Positions 52,987 through 63,300 of a stretch of 64,000 nt of DNA are shown in pieces. The position numbers were made by a program, and so were the translations under genes. Positions within the stretch are counted from its first letter, which is position 1; each line of letters begins with the position of its first letter. Source of the DNA: Amoebophrya sp. A120 (taxonomy: Eukaryota > Protista > Dinoflagellata). The notes below the pieces were generated by a model. That model made no database searches. It had not been told where the DNA came from and saw only the letters and a list, made by a program, of their open reading frames with translations. The stretch lies in contig CAJINV010000001.1 of assembly GCA_905178155.1 (NCBI GenBank), forward strand, positions 7,410,612-7,474,611, written 5' to 3'.

Positions 52987-53061
52987 TATTCTCGATTAAG
53001 TCGTAATTTTACACGCAGTGCGACAAAAAGATTTATTCTCGATTAAGTCGTAATTTTACAA
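52987..53061. repeat. Short direct repeat TATTCTCGATTAAGTCGTAATTTTACA x2
   Basis: Two exact 27-bp copies about 47 bp apart, just upstream of the putative helicase start. Confidence 0.85.
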
Positions 53062-54303
53062 GAGTGCAACCAAATACAAAACGCGACTCTTTGCAAAACT
53101 TATGAGGCCGCTAAAAGGCACGATTACGTAAGTCTAGACAGCATAGCTTGTATTAATATTATCTTCACAAAAAGAAATGCAGTAAATCTATAATTTGTAG
53201 CAGAGTACAGGAATCTTCAAACAACTGTATATAAATCACAAGTCAGTGTCTGTTGTGGTGCAGGACACATAGGATTCCGACAGAGCATTGGGCTTTTCTT
53301 GTCATCATCTGTTTCTGTTCCGCCGAATGAACTATTGTCGATCAGTTTTCTGTTTCTACGTCAGTAACTTTGGAGAACTGCATCATCATCAGAATGCTCT
53401 GCAATGCCTCCGAGAGGGGGATCTAGAGTATAGGAGACCTTAGCGCAGTCATGTGGATCGCTATCACGGATCTGCAGATCCGACGGTAATACTTCCCAAC
53501 CGAGCTACAGAGTCCAAGCATCAGCGTCGCGAGTCACCAGGTGTGCATATGCGCGAAAGTAGTTGTGGTAGTGTCCAGGACAAATATTCAGTTCAGTGGA
53601 TCTTTTTTGGATCGTGTAGCATTGTGCAGTTCAAGATATTCATTCGTTACACTCACCCGACGAGGCGAGAGAGCTTATGAACCATCGCAAACCGCGGCGC
53701 AACGCACGGCATGGGAAAAGCATTCGACGCTGCCCCTCTGAGCGCCCTATTCCGTACCTACTTCACCCGAGGCCCACGCCGGCCGGCTAAAATCTGCGGA
53801 GAAGGAAAAGCTAAAGCTCCGTCATACCAGTCCCTTCTACAATACACGGCGCATCTCCTTCTCGCGGGTTCGTGAGAAGTCCGCACTCGCCCCCGGTGCG
53901 ACTTCTGTCCGGCTGCCCGGGCAATTACAGTAGTCGCGAAGTACAAGGCCGTAACTTTCAAGGCGTCACTGCGCCGGGCCGGGCCTTTCAAAAAATCGCG
54001 CGGCGGCACTTCTTTTACTATGTGGTTAGGCAAAAAAGGCGCTCGTGCCCCCCGCTCCATACGTAATTTCTGGAAATCCGAAAAACTTGCGGAAGCACAC
54101 CGCGCGGGCTCGGCTGACAAGGCCCCGGGGCCTGCTGAAAAATGCCGCAGCGGGGCGCTCGCTTATTATGGCTCCGCGCCCCCAAGACCGAAGCCGAGCA
54201 ATGCGGCCCCCGGCTGCATCTGTCGCCGCCGCACGCGAAGGATTTGCCGCGGTCGCCCGCCTGGGCCAACAGGGGCGGGACTCTCCCTGGCCCGACGAAA
54301 AAA

Positions 54304-54487
54304 GTGGGGGCGGGCCGGGTGGGTGGGTGGGTGAGGGGGGAAAGGATAGAAAGGGGCGGGGAGGGGAGAGGCAGGAAGGGGGACAGGGGGGAGGGCAAGG
54401 GGGGACAGGGAGGGGGTCCGGGAGTGGGGGGTGCAGGGAAAAGGGATGGGGGCAAAGAGGGGGGCAGGCGGGAGGCAGCACAGGGTA
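54304..54487 (+). repeat. G/purine-rich low-complexity tract with G-quadruplex potential
   Basis: More than 20 runs of GGG or longer on the + strand. Confidence 0.8.
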
Positions 54488-55013
54488 GAAAGACAATAAG
54501 GAGGGCTTAGTATAAGGTAAGATCATGAAGACCAGATGTGAAAGGGGGGGGTGGAATCCCTTAGATTTCCTAAATTCCCACAATTTCAAAGGTTTCACCA
54601 GTATGACGCCAAAAAGTGTCCGCATAAAGTTCAGCAGAATCATAAAAACACCCTAACAGGATAAAACTGTAAATCCGGGGCGCTTATTGCATTTTTAGCA
54701 TTTTTTTATTTTTTTTCATAAATTTTCCCTAAACGGAAAAGGTTGAGAATATGCACCAAATTGAAAAGCTTAGGCAGTTATAATGAAAAATAATGCCTGT
54801 GTCAACTTATATTGTTTATTTTTTTGGCATGTAATTCATGGGAGTGCATGACTTTTAGGAAAATTGATTTTTTCAAAAATTTTAAAAAATGCAGATTTGC
54901 TATTTTCTCATAATTATATTGAAACAAAATCACAACGAGCACAATTATGCAGAAAATAAATGCCAAGCATAGTCTTAAAAAGCATAAAGCTTGACACTAT
55001 TGGTATTACTTTC

Positions 55014-55354
55014 TGTTAGATCGATCCAGAACACAGGATAGACAACGAGCCACCCACGTAGCCACACGTGGGGCAGAGCCAGTGCAAATATAGTAGAAAC
55101 CAACCTAGAAGCAACCAAATACGTTCATCGTCAAGCTTAGCAGCATGGTGTTTGGTGCAGACAACGATCTACGCACCCACGACAGCAACGACGTACGATC
55201 TTACGAGCCTGGCGCTCTCCTCCTCTCCCTCTCTCCCCCTGGCGTTCTCTCAAGTGTCCGAGCCCGAGCCCTAGCGGCTGTAAATTCTACGAAATACAGG
55301 CGCACAATGGTGCAAATGTGCATGCTAGCGCATGCCATAGGCCCCAATTGTTAC
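55014..55354 (-). repeat. 3' LTR (341 bp, TGTAACA...CTAACA)
   Basis: TG...CA ends, preceded by the PPT. Its first 60 bp are repeated at 60280-60339. Confidence 0.8.
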
Positions 55355-56200
55355 AACCCCCTTTTTCAAAAATAGGTCTGTAGTCCCGTTACGAAAAAAG
55401 TAAAGTTGTAAACCGCTTGAGAGAAAGATGAAACTGTATGCAGGTGAACGAAGAGATTCGAACGGACACGACGCCAGGAGGGAGAGAGAACACGGACCAA
55501 CGCGAAATTTATACTCTGGCCAAATTGTACACAGGCGAGCTACCACCACTGGACCTAGTGTCCCCCTGCTGCTGTACGAAGGTTTGTAGTGGTGGTCGCG
55601 AAGAAAACGAAACGATTTATTTCTAGGAAGACAAAATAACGAAAACGGGGCAGAAGCTTTTGATACAAGATTGCATTTTGTAGACACGGAGCGAGAAACA
55701 GAAGAAGAAAATCATACATACGATACTACTTTTGGACGTCGAAACGAGAGAGAAATGCGAAACGTTTGAAACAGTTGTGAATTTTGCATGACAAACTATT
55801 TTGGTTATTTGGTTCAGCTCATAAAACTTGCTGTGTAATTTTCTAATTCTAAAATGTAAAAATAGAAACTTGCAATGCGAATTTGTTGAAGAGATGTAGA
55901 GATTTGTAATGCGGGAACGGAAATTCGATATGGATTTGCATTGCGAGAAACTAAAATCTTACACAGAAATCTCACAAAGGAGCGCAACTTGTAATGCTGA
56001 AATTTGTATTGCGAAAGCAGTGAAGTGAGAAACTAAAATCATACACGAACGTCTTGCCTAAAGGTGCGATCTGTAATGCTGAAACTGCGAAGCGCCCCGA
56101 TATTCCCCAACTTGTGGGGTTTGTCTCTTTACCCCCTTGGTCTTGCAGTAGCACCGGGGGAATGTGACCCGACCGCCCTCCGTCGTGTTTCCCCGTTTCC

Positions 56201-59200
56201 TCACGACTCCAACAGCGTAAGAGCCTCGGGAGGCAGCACAAATTTCGCATCTTGAAACTGCAAAAAGCCTCGCACCATGTCAAGATCGCACTTTGCCACT
56301 TCTTTCGTAAGTATATCGCTGGGGTTGTGTTTCCCCTTGATGTGGCAAAGGCAAAGATCGCCGTCTTCTACTAATCGCGATAGGTAGAAGTAATCTGCCC
56401 TGAGGTTTCGCTCGCTGGGCGACCTCGCTAGTGAATTTGTGCTGCTCCTCACCACGTTGTTGGAGTCGGAACAAACGATGAGAGGCTGGGCCGGAGAGGT
56501 AAGCCCGGATGCCACGCAGACGCCGCGGAAGTAAAGCAGCTCGCTAACCACGAGCCGCAGGGCGAGAAGTTCGGCCGAAGTGCTGGAACTAAAAACCCGG
56601 GCGGGCTTGGCGGAGTAGTGGGTGATAATGTTGTAGACCAATTTCTCATCCACCCCGCCCCCGCATGGTGTGCTTCCGCTTGTCGCTTGCTTCTTGTTGA
56701 CCAGGCACACCATAGCGCCGAGTCTAGGGACGAGACTTGCATCCACCAATCCCAGCAAAATGTCCTCCGTCTGCGCCGTCGGCTGGATGTGGATAACATC
56801 CTCCCCGTGCTGTTTCACCTGGTCGATGAGCTCATTGACCTCGGAAACCATTAATCCGTAGTCGTCGTCGCTGGCTTCGTCGTCAATTTGCCCCGCCAAG
56901 ATGCAAATATTTGCAACGAAAGCAATTTGCACCTTGGTCACCCAAAGCAACTCCCCCAAAGCCCGTCGCAGCGGCGACTTCCGCCGCCGGTTCTGCAGGA
57001 AGTGCTGCAGCTCGTGCTCCGATATAGGCTTCATATTTCGAATGAAGCTCTGCTGCCCGACCTTGAATCCTATTCCGCCCGCTGCTGCTGCCCGCGCGAC
57101 AAGCTTTCCGTCTTGGTAAAACTCAAATTGCTCCCGCTGGTCCGCTTCCACCGCTGCGTCGTGCTGCTCGCAGTGGATAGTCCTGCCGCAAAACGTGTCC
57201 GCCGTGCCAGGCAGCAGGCAGGTCCTGGATCCCGGTGGGAACTGCAGAAAAATTTTCTCCAGCGACCTGTGCGCCGCCGCGCTGCCACCGTAAAGCATGT
57301 CATCGACATGCACACCCAGAATCCCCTCGATTTCGTTGGATTCCAGGAGCGGGTCCTCGATGCTGGTCCGCAAAAGCGGATTTTGTGCGCGCCGCTCCTC
57401 GTCCCCGCTTGCTGCTGTTTCCTCTTCGTTGGTGCTGTTGCTTTCCCCCTGCTGCTGCTGCTCTGGTTTTTGTTTGGGGAAGTACCACAGGCAGGGGTCG
57501 TTGATGTCCTGTTTCCACCCAGCTTCGCGCAGGGCCTGAAACAGAACTTTTTGCCACGAAAGCGGAGCATCGGCCAGGCCGTAAAGGCACCGCTTCAAAC
57601 GGACGAAGCGATGGCCAAGGCCGAAGGCTGTGTTGCCCCTTATGCCCTCCGGAACCTCGAGCCAAACTGCGTCCTGCAGCTCCTTGCCGCGAAGAAAAGC
57701 CTGCGCAATGTCGGCAAGGTGGGCGTAGTGCTTGTTTTTCGCCAGCCAGTGCAGCACCACGAGGATGCTGCTATCTGCCACCGTGTGGCATCGTTTTTCT
57801 AACCCTTCCTCCAGCCGCCGATCCATGTAGCCCTTGGCGCACCACCGCATTTTGGCCTTGGTGAACTGCCCCGCCGAAAACTTCAGGGTGAAGACGATCC
57901 GGGACGACACCACGGAAACGTCTTCACCCTCCGGCCGCTCGTCCCGCTGGCTGGACAGGTCAAAAACGTCAAGGGCCTGGATTCCCTTGACCTCCGCCGC
58001 CCTTGCTTCGTCCACCAGGTGCCACAGGCCGTATTTGGCGATCTGCTGCAGCGTCAGCTCGACGCTGCACCCGTTCGGCGTGACTGCTTCCCAGTTCACG
58101 GCGGCGGGCTGCTCCACTTGCAAAAACAGATGATGGTCGTCGGGGCTGGGAATTTCGGTGGAGGGGTCAAAGACCTGAAATGCAGTTTTTGGCCCGACCC
58201 GAAACGCGATAGTGTGCTTGCCAAGCTGCCCCGGCACCCTGCAACCCCTGCGGAAAACTTTCGCCTCGACGACGTAGGCGCTGCCGTCGAATCCGCTTGC
58301 CGTGCCGCTTACTGGCTTGCCGTTGATCAACGTGTTGAGCTCTGTCACGATGGGGTCGCAGAAGGAGGAGCGAAATACGGTCTGGCGGCCCCGCTGCGCA
58401 ATCAGCTCCATCAAAAACTTGGAGTTGGTGTCGATGCTCCGCAGCTGCGTACGCCAGTCTTCCAGAGTCTCCAGAACTCTCTCTTGCCCGTCCTTTTCCG
58501 CTTCCGCAAGGTAAAGATGTGGCCCGTCCTCCACCAGTTGCGCGCACCGTGAAGTCGTCCCCGCGACAAAGTCCTGCACCGAAGTCGCCAGGGTTGCGAC
58601 CGTGTTCCCCGTGCTTTCCGCAATGTCGAAAGTGCTGTACGCCGCGCCGCGGTCGTCAATTGTAGCGAAGCTGTCGCTGGCCGCCCCTTTTGCAAAGAGG
58701 TCCGCGCTGCTGGTCAGGTAAAGCCGTCGTGCTTTCGTCGGAGGCTCGGTTGGTGGTTCCATCGGGATCGGCGAGCCAAAAATCTCGTCTTCCTCCCGAC
58801 GCGCTTGTGTGTCCAACTGCTCGCGGCGCAAAGGTGAAGCTGCGGCTTCAGGTTGTGGCAGGGATGGAAGGAGCGTTTCCTTCTGGTTACTTGAAGAAAC
58901 TGCTGGTGGGAGAACAGGCGGCCCCTGCTGATTCTTGGCCCCGTGGGGTTTTGTGCTTGGCGCCGCTGGGAGTGGTAAAAGGGGGAGAACAGTAGCCGCA
59001 GGTTTGGTTTTTCGCTGTTTCTTCTTGTTCTCTTCGCCCCTCACGATCTTCTTCGGCCTAGAAGGCGGGTTTTTGTCGTCAGGCAAGTCGGCAGCAGCGT
59101 CCGCGCGGTTCCGCAGTGCTGGCTTTGGGTTTTTCGGAGTGGGGACAAGCATCCCCGGTAGGGTTCGGAATTCTAGTGGCGCCGTCATGTACTCCGACAG

Positions 59201-60292
59201 CTGCACGCCGGGCTTGATGTCCGCCGCCGCAAAAACGAACTTCTTCACTTGTGGCGCCCGCAGCACCACAATCCTGTTACTCCCCGACGGTCTCACCATC
59301 GCCTCCTGTCGGTGTGTGTCTACGCCGACACAAGTCCCAACCTGCCGCCAGTTTGCTGTTCCCGCGTGCCAATGGTCAGAATTTTTGTCGTGCGTCCGTA
59401 AAATTCTGACCATTTCGCCCCGCTTGATGTCTTCCAGGCTAGTAAGCGACCGCGAAAGCTTGTAGCCCTTATTGAAGCGCCGGATCTTGTCCAAAATCTC
59501 CCGCCGCTGGACCTCCAAGGCAAGCCGTTTTTGTTCCTGCAGCAATTTTTCCATATGCCGCATGACTTGCTTCGTTGCCTTGCCGTCGTCGTTTTCGCAG
59601 TGGCCGTAGTGGCAGTTGTCCGCTGCGTAAACCGTTCCCCGCACGCCGGGGCATGTGTTCAAAAGCCCCTCGGTATACTGAAGGATCTTGTCCTTCAGCT
59701 CAAACTGGTCCGCGTCCAGTTTTCGGCAGTTGTAGATTACGTCCACCAGGTCCCGCACTGCGCCGCTGATGTTTCTCATCCCCACTATTTCCTCCAGGAG
59801 CGCCAGCTTCGTCCCGCCAGTGATGAGGAGCACCTTGTTGAGGGTTTTGTTGAATTTCGGATGTGCCCGCTCCTCCTTCCCCAAGCACCAGGGGGAGGCG
59901 TACGGCACCGGGACGCCCTGGACGTCGTTATTGGCGCAAAAATTCTCGACGTTCTGGTTGAGGTTGTCCGACTTTGGGTCGAACATGAAAAAGCGCGGAA
60001 GCCCGCCGGCCTTGGTCTTGAACGCGAGGAGAGCAGCCGGAACCTGGGGCGGAGGTGGTTCCGACTCCTTCCCGACCTTGTCCGGGAGGTGGTGGTCGAT
60101 CAGTGCTAGGCTACGCTTTTGCGACCCAAAATCGTAAAGGTGGTAGACGATCCCCATCGCCGTGTTGACCGAATCGCCGCCCCAAAGCACTCGCGGCTTG
60201 GCGCCGAACTGTGACCACCCGACCGGCCAAAGTATTTCGCGGCAGCGGTTGAAGCTTGCGCACTCGCTGCGCACGAATTTACAGGCGCACAA
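56201..60292 (-). CDS. pol: Copia-type Pol: integrase core, reverse transcriptase and RNase H
   Basis: IN: WGGDSV..YDFGSQK..FMFDPKS..FCANNDV..PYASPWCLGKEER. RT: KMRWCAKGY, ADIAQAFL, LKRCLYGLADAPLSW, DPCLW, VHVDDML. RH: LVDAS, SSTSAELLAL, CSDS, HIKGKHNPSDILTK. Confidence 0.93.
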   Translation of the reverse strand: MCACKFVRSECASFNRCREILWPVGWSQFGAKPRVLWGGDSVNTAMGIVYHLYDFGSQKRSLALIDHHLPDKVGKESEPPPPQVPAALLAFKTKAGGLPRFFMFDPKSDNLNQNVENFCANNDVQGVPVPYASPWCLGKEERAHPKFNKTLNKVLLITGGTKLALLEEIVGMRNISGAVRDLVDVIYNCRKLDADQFELKDKILQYTEGLLNTCPGVRGTVYAADNCHYGHCENDDGKATKQVMRHMEKLLQEQKRLALEVQRREILDKIRRFNKGYKLSRSLTSLEDIKRGEMVRILRTHDKNSDHWHAGTANWRQVGTCVGVDTHRQEAMVRPSGSNRIVVLRAPQVKKFVFAAADIKPGVQLSEYMTAPLEFRTLPGMLVPTPKNPKPALRNRADAAADLPDDKNPPSRPKKIVRGEENKKKQRKTKPAATVLPLLPLPAAPSTKPHGAKNQQGPPVLPPAVSSSNQKETLLPSLPQPEAAASPLRREQLDTQARREEDEIFGSPIPMEPPTEPPTKARRLYLTSSADLFAKGAASDSFATIDDRGAAYSTFDIAESTGNTVATLATSVQDFVAGTTSRCAQLVEDGPHLYLAEAEKDGQERVLETLEDWRTQLRSIDTNSKFLMELIAQRGRQTVFRSSFCDPIVTELNTLINGKPVSGTASGFDGSAYVVEAKVFRRGCRVPGQLGKHTIAFRVGPKTAFQVFDPSTEIPSPDDHHLFLQVEQPAAVNWEAVTPNGCSVELTLQQIAKYGLWHLVDEARAAEVKGIQALDVFDLSSQRDERPEGEDVSVVSSRIVFTLKFSAGQFTKAKMRWCAKGYMDRRLEEGLEKRCHTVADSSILVVLHWLAKNKHYAHLADIAQAFLRGKELQDAVWLEVPEGIRGNTAFGLGHRFVRLKRCLYGLADAPLSWQKVLFQALREAGWKQDINDPCLWYFPKQKPEQQQQGESNSTNEEETAASGDEERRAQNPLLRTSIEDPLLESNEIEGILGVHVDDMLYGGSAAAHRSLEKIFLQFPPGSRTCLLPGTADTFCGRTIHCEQHDAAVEADQREQFEFYQDGKLVARAAAAGGIGFKVGQQSFIRNMKPISEHELQHFLQNRRRKSPLRRALGELLWVTKVQIAFVANICILAGQIDDEASDDDYGLMVSEVNELIDQVKQHGEDVIHIQPTAQTEDILLGLVDASLVPRLGAMVCLVNKKQATSGSTPCGGGVDEKLVYNIITHYSAKPARVFSSSTSAELLALRLVVSELLYFRGVCVASGLTSPAQPLIVCSDSNNVVRSSTNSLARSPSERNLRADYFYLSRLVEDGDLCLCHIKGKHNPSDILTKEVAKCDLDMVRGFLQFQDAKFVLPPEALTLLES

Positions 60293-60339
60293 TGGTGCAA
60301 ATGTGCATGCTAGCGCATGCCATAGGCCCCAATTGTTAC
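60280..60339 (-). repeat. Truncated 5' LTR remnant (60 bp)
   Basis: Identical to 55294-55353. Confidence 0.85.
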
Positions 60340-60350
60340 TTTCCGCAGAT

Positions 60351-63300
60351 GACAGGGCGAAGCGGGTAGCTCAAGCGGATAACTGGGACGGTTTTCATTT
60401 TTTTTGAAAATATTCGGGGAAAAAAACTGGCCGCCCGACGCGCGAGAGTGCGCAAAATTGCAGCCCAAGCTCCGTTGTGGGGCTTGGGCTGCAATTTTGC
60501 GCTCTTGGCGGCTTGCTTCCTCCAAAGCACAAATTTGCGCTGCGCAGCGCAGATTTGTGCCACGCGCGCCACAAATCCGGCCGGCACGGAGCAAGTGCGA
60601 CTAGAAATGCACTGGCAATGCAAGTTCTGCCTTCTCAGTGAAATTCTCGCTGGGGGCGCGCTGGTGTCGCAAGCTAAAAGAGCGCGGGCAAGTATTGAAA
60701 TAACTTAAACCAATACTAATGGTCTTCGTTGTTTCAATACTTGCGCGGGTTCGGCTTGTCTCTGAGGCGGTGCCATCAACTTGGCGCCGCCTCAAAATCA
60801 AGCCGAGCCCGCATGGTGTGCTCAATCCAAAGGGAGGCCGGTGCCACGCACACGATAAAAAAAAAAGTAAATATATGCACGCTTTTTATTTTATTAAAAA
60901 ACCCAATGGCACCCAGAAGCGAAGGACGACGCTATGGTGGCGGTGCCACCCGGTGCCATCCGGGTGGCACCGGTTTGCTGAGTCGAGGCCTGTGACGCGA
61001 AACAGCACGCCACGGATGTGGTTTGCTGTGCCGGCGAGCCGGATTTCAATTTTGCGCGATGCGGCGCTCTTTTTTGCCTTTATGCGTGAGTGCGTCACAA
61101 CTCTGAAAATTTTGCAGCATAGAGGCCGTCGTAGCACGCTATGAGCGCTTCTTTGCTTCAGAATCTTGAAGCGGCCACGAGGTTCGCCAGACCCTTCTTC
61201 AGGCTCAAGAACGGAACGCAAGGGGGTAAAAGAGGAAAAGCGCGAAAAAGTATTAAAGTAGGCGAAGGGAATACTCATGGCGCCTCCGCCCCTCTTGGCG
61301 AATAAAAGGGGAAAGGGGCGCAGAACCACGGTGGGCGTGCGGCGTTGATATGCCGCCCTTGCCGGCGCGCGACCTCAAGATGCCTCCGCGGGCTTACTCA
61401 TTGCCGGCGCCTGGCCTTCTAGGCGCCCGACGTGCGCGAGACACGGCCCGCGCCACTAAGCCTCGCGCCAGCGCTCCGCGTGGCCCTTAGTATTGGTCGG
61501 CGCCATTTTAATACTTTGGCTTGCGTTCCTCTCGTTCTGCCTGCTTCGCCGCCTTGGTGCCAATCCCTCGGGGCCCCTGTCCCAATGTGGCAGCGGGCGG
61601 GCGGGGGAACGCAGCCTCCCCCACCTTCGGAGCACCCATCGGGGATCGCCTGCACCAATCGGAAAGCCCTGCAGTTCCTTGGCAGTGCGGTTTCACCTCC
61701 GCGGGGCCCCTGTCCCAATGAAGGCTCCCCCACGGCAGGGGACTCCTGGCGTCGCCACTTTCGGGTGGGAGCAGCATTGGGACAGGGGCCCCAAGGAATT
61801 GACACCGCGCAAAGAGATTCCCATGCGCGGCGATGTCGCCAGATCTCGCCTCCTGGCGGGCTGGGGAACGCAGCGCGCCCAAGCATGTGAGCCCGCATTG
61901 GAACAGGGGCCCCATCGCAATGGCACCGCCAAAGGCCAGAGCTGGGCTTGCGTTGCAGATCAGCAGCGCAGGGCTGGAGACCCCGCCGAGAATGCCTCTG
62001 CCGTGCGTTTCTACCTGGAAGCCCGGGCGTGGGAACGCATTGAGCAGGCATCCGCAGCGCATTACCAGCAGGAAATCCAGCGGGCGCCGCCTTTTCAGTG
62101 CGATTCTGGCCTTCAGGTCTGGACTTCGACTTGCGTTGCAACTTTGCAACGCAAGTCCGGATCTGGAGCAATTTGCGTTGCAGTTTGCAGTGCAGGGTGG
62201 ATCTGCAACGCAAGTTGTGCGCTGCCCTAAGTATTGACTTAATTTAAATCAATACTCATAACGCACGGCCGCCCTCCTGGCCACATTTCCAGCTGGATTC
62301 CCGGGCGGGAATCAAGCTGGGATGCTTTTCGCCGGCGTTTTCAGGTGGATTCCCAGGCGGGAATCCGATTGGGTATGCTCTTCGCCAGCGTTTCCATCTG
62401 GAAATCCAGCTGGAAACGCATTGGGCAGGCACCCGCAGCGCCCTTCCAGCTAGAATTGCATAGAGAGGGCGTCCTCAGCTGGAACTCCAGCTGAGGACGC
62501 CTCCTCAGTGCATTTCTAGCCGCAAATCCAGCCGGGAAGCCAACTGGTAACGCAGCCGAAAACGCCTGCACTGCCGGAAGAGTATTGATTTAGGTTAAAT
62601 CAATACTAAAGACGCGGACTGGATGACAGGGCGCGGAGCCTCGGCAGGTACAGAGCCAGGCGGAAGCTGCAGCACGTTTGTGCAGCAGGCTGACGCCGGC
62701 ACACGGGGAGGAGAATAGAGGCTGGGACCGCGTGTGAATTTGCAGAACAAGTCGGCCCCCGGGTGGATTTGTGCTGCAAGTTCCCGCGATGCAGATATGG
62801 TGACTTCCTGTCCCCAGTGTCAATTTGCAATGCAGGTGGCAGCCTGAAGCTGCAGCGCAAATTGCAGACGCCCAGGAGAGAGTCGCCGCAAGTCCATTTG
62901 CAGTGCAGTTTTGCAACGCAAGTCGACTCATCCTCCGGGTGTCGGGCGAAAACCGGAATGCCCGGTTGAAACAGAGCCAGGGCGAGGCTGCGGCACATTT
63001 GTGCTGCAGGTTCACGGTGGCACACTGGGAGGAGAATGACGGCTGGGATCCCGTGCGAATTTGCAGCACAAGTGAATCTGCCCCCGGGCAGATTTGTGTT
63101 GCAAATTCGCACGGGATACGCGTCTCAAGGTTTCCACTCGGGGAACGGGGTGCGCAGGGCCTTGCATTTCCTGGCTCTTTTATGTGCCGGACTGCAATTC
63201 GTTTCCGACTGAGTTCGGAAATGCATTGCAGTCCGGCACCTAAAAGAGCCAGGAGACGTTCTTTCAGAAGGACCAGTATTTCTGACAGCAAATTTGCAAT

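Larger units (their letters stand above)
55014..60339 (-). mobile_element. Ty1/copia LTR retrotransposon with an internal deletion (no gag, protease or PBS)
   Basis: pol in IN-RT-RH order. A polypurine tract AAAAAGGGGG lies directly before the 3' LTR. Only the first ~60 bp of the 5' LTR remain. GAAAG occurs on both outer flanks (possible 5-bp TSD). Confidence 0.88.

Noticed and set aside
56201-60292. Copia integrase as the mobiliser of the introners (both associated with 5-bp duplications)
   Set aside because: Introner ends are TA...TA rather than TG...CA and share no sequence with the LTR ends. Matching duplication length alone is insufficient.
62590-62600. TTAGGTTAAAT resembling the XerD arm of bacterial dif
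   Set aside because: There is no XerC arm at the correct spacing and the other 27-bp sites do not keep the match, so it is not called a dif site.
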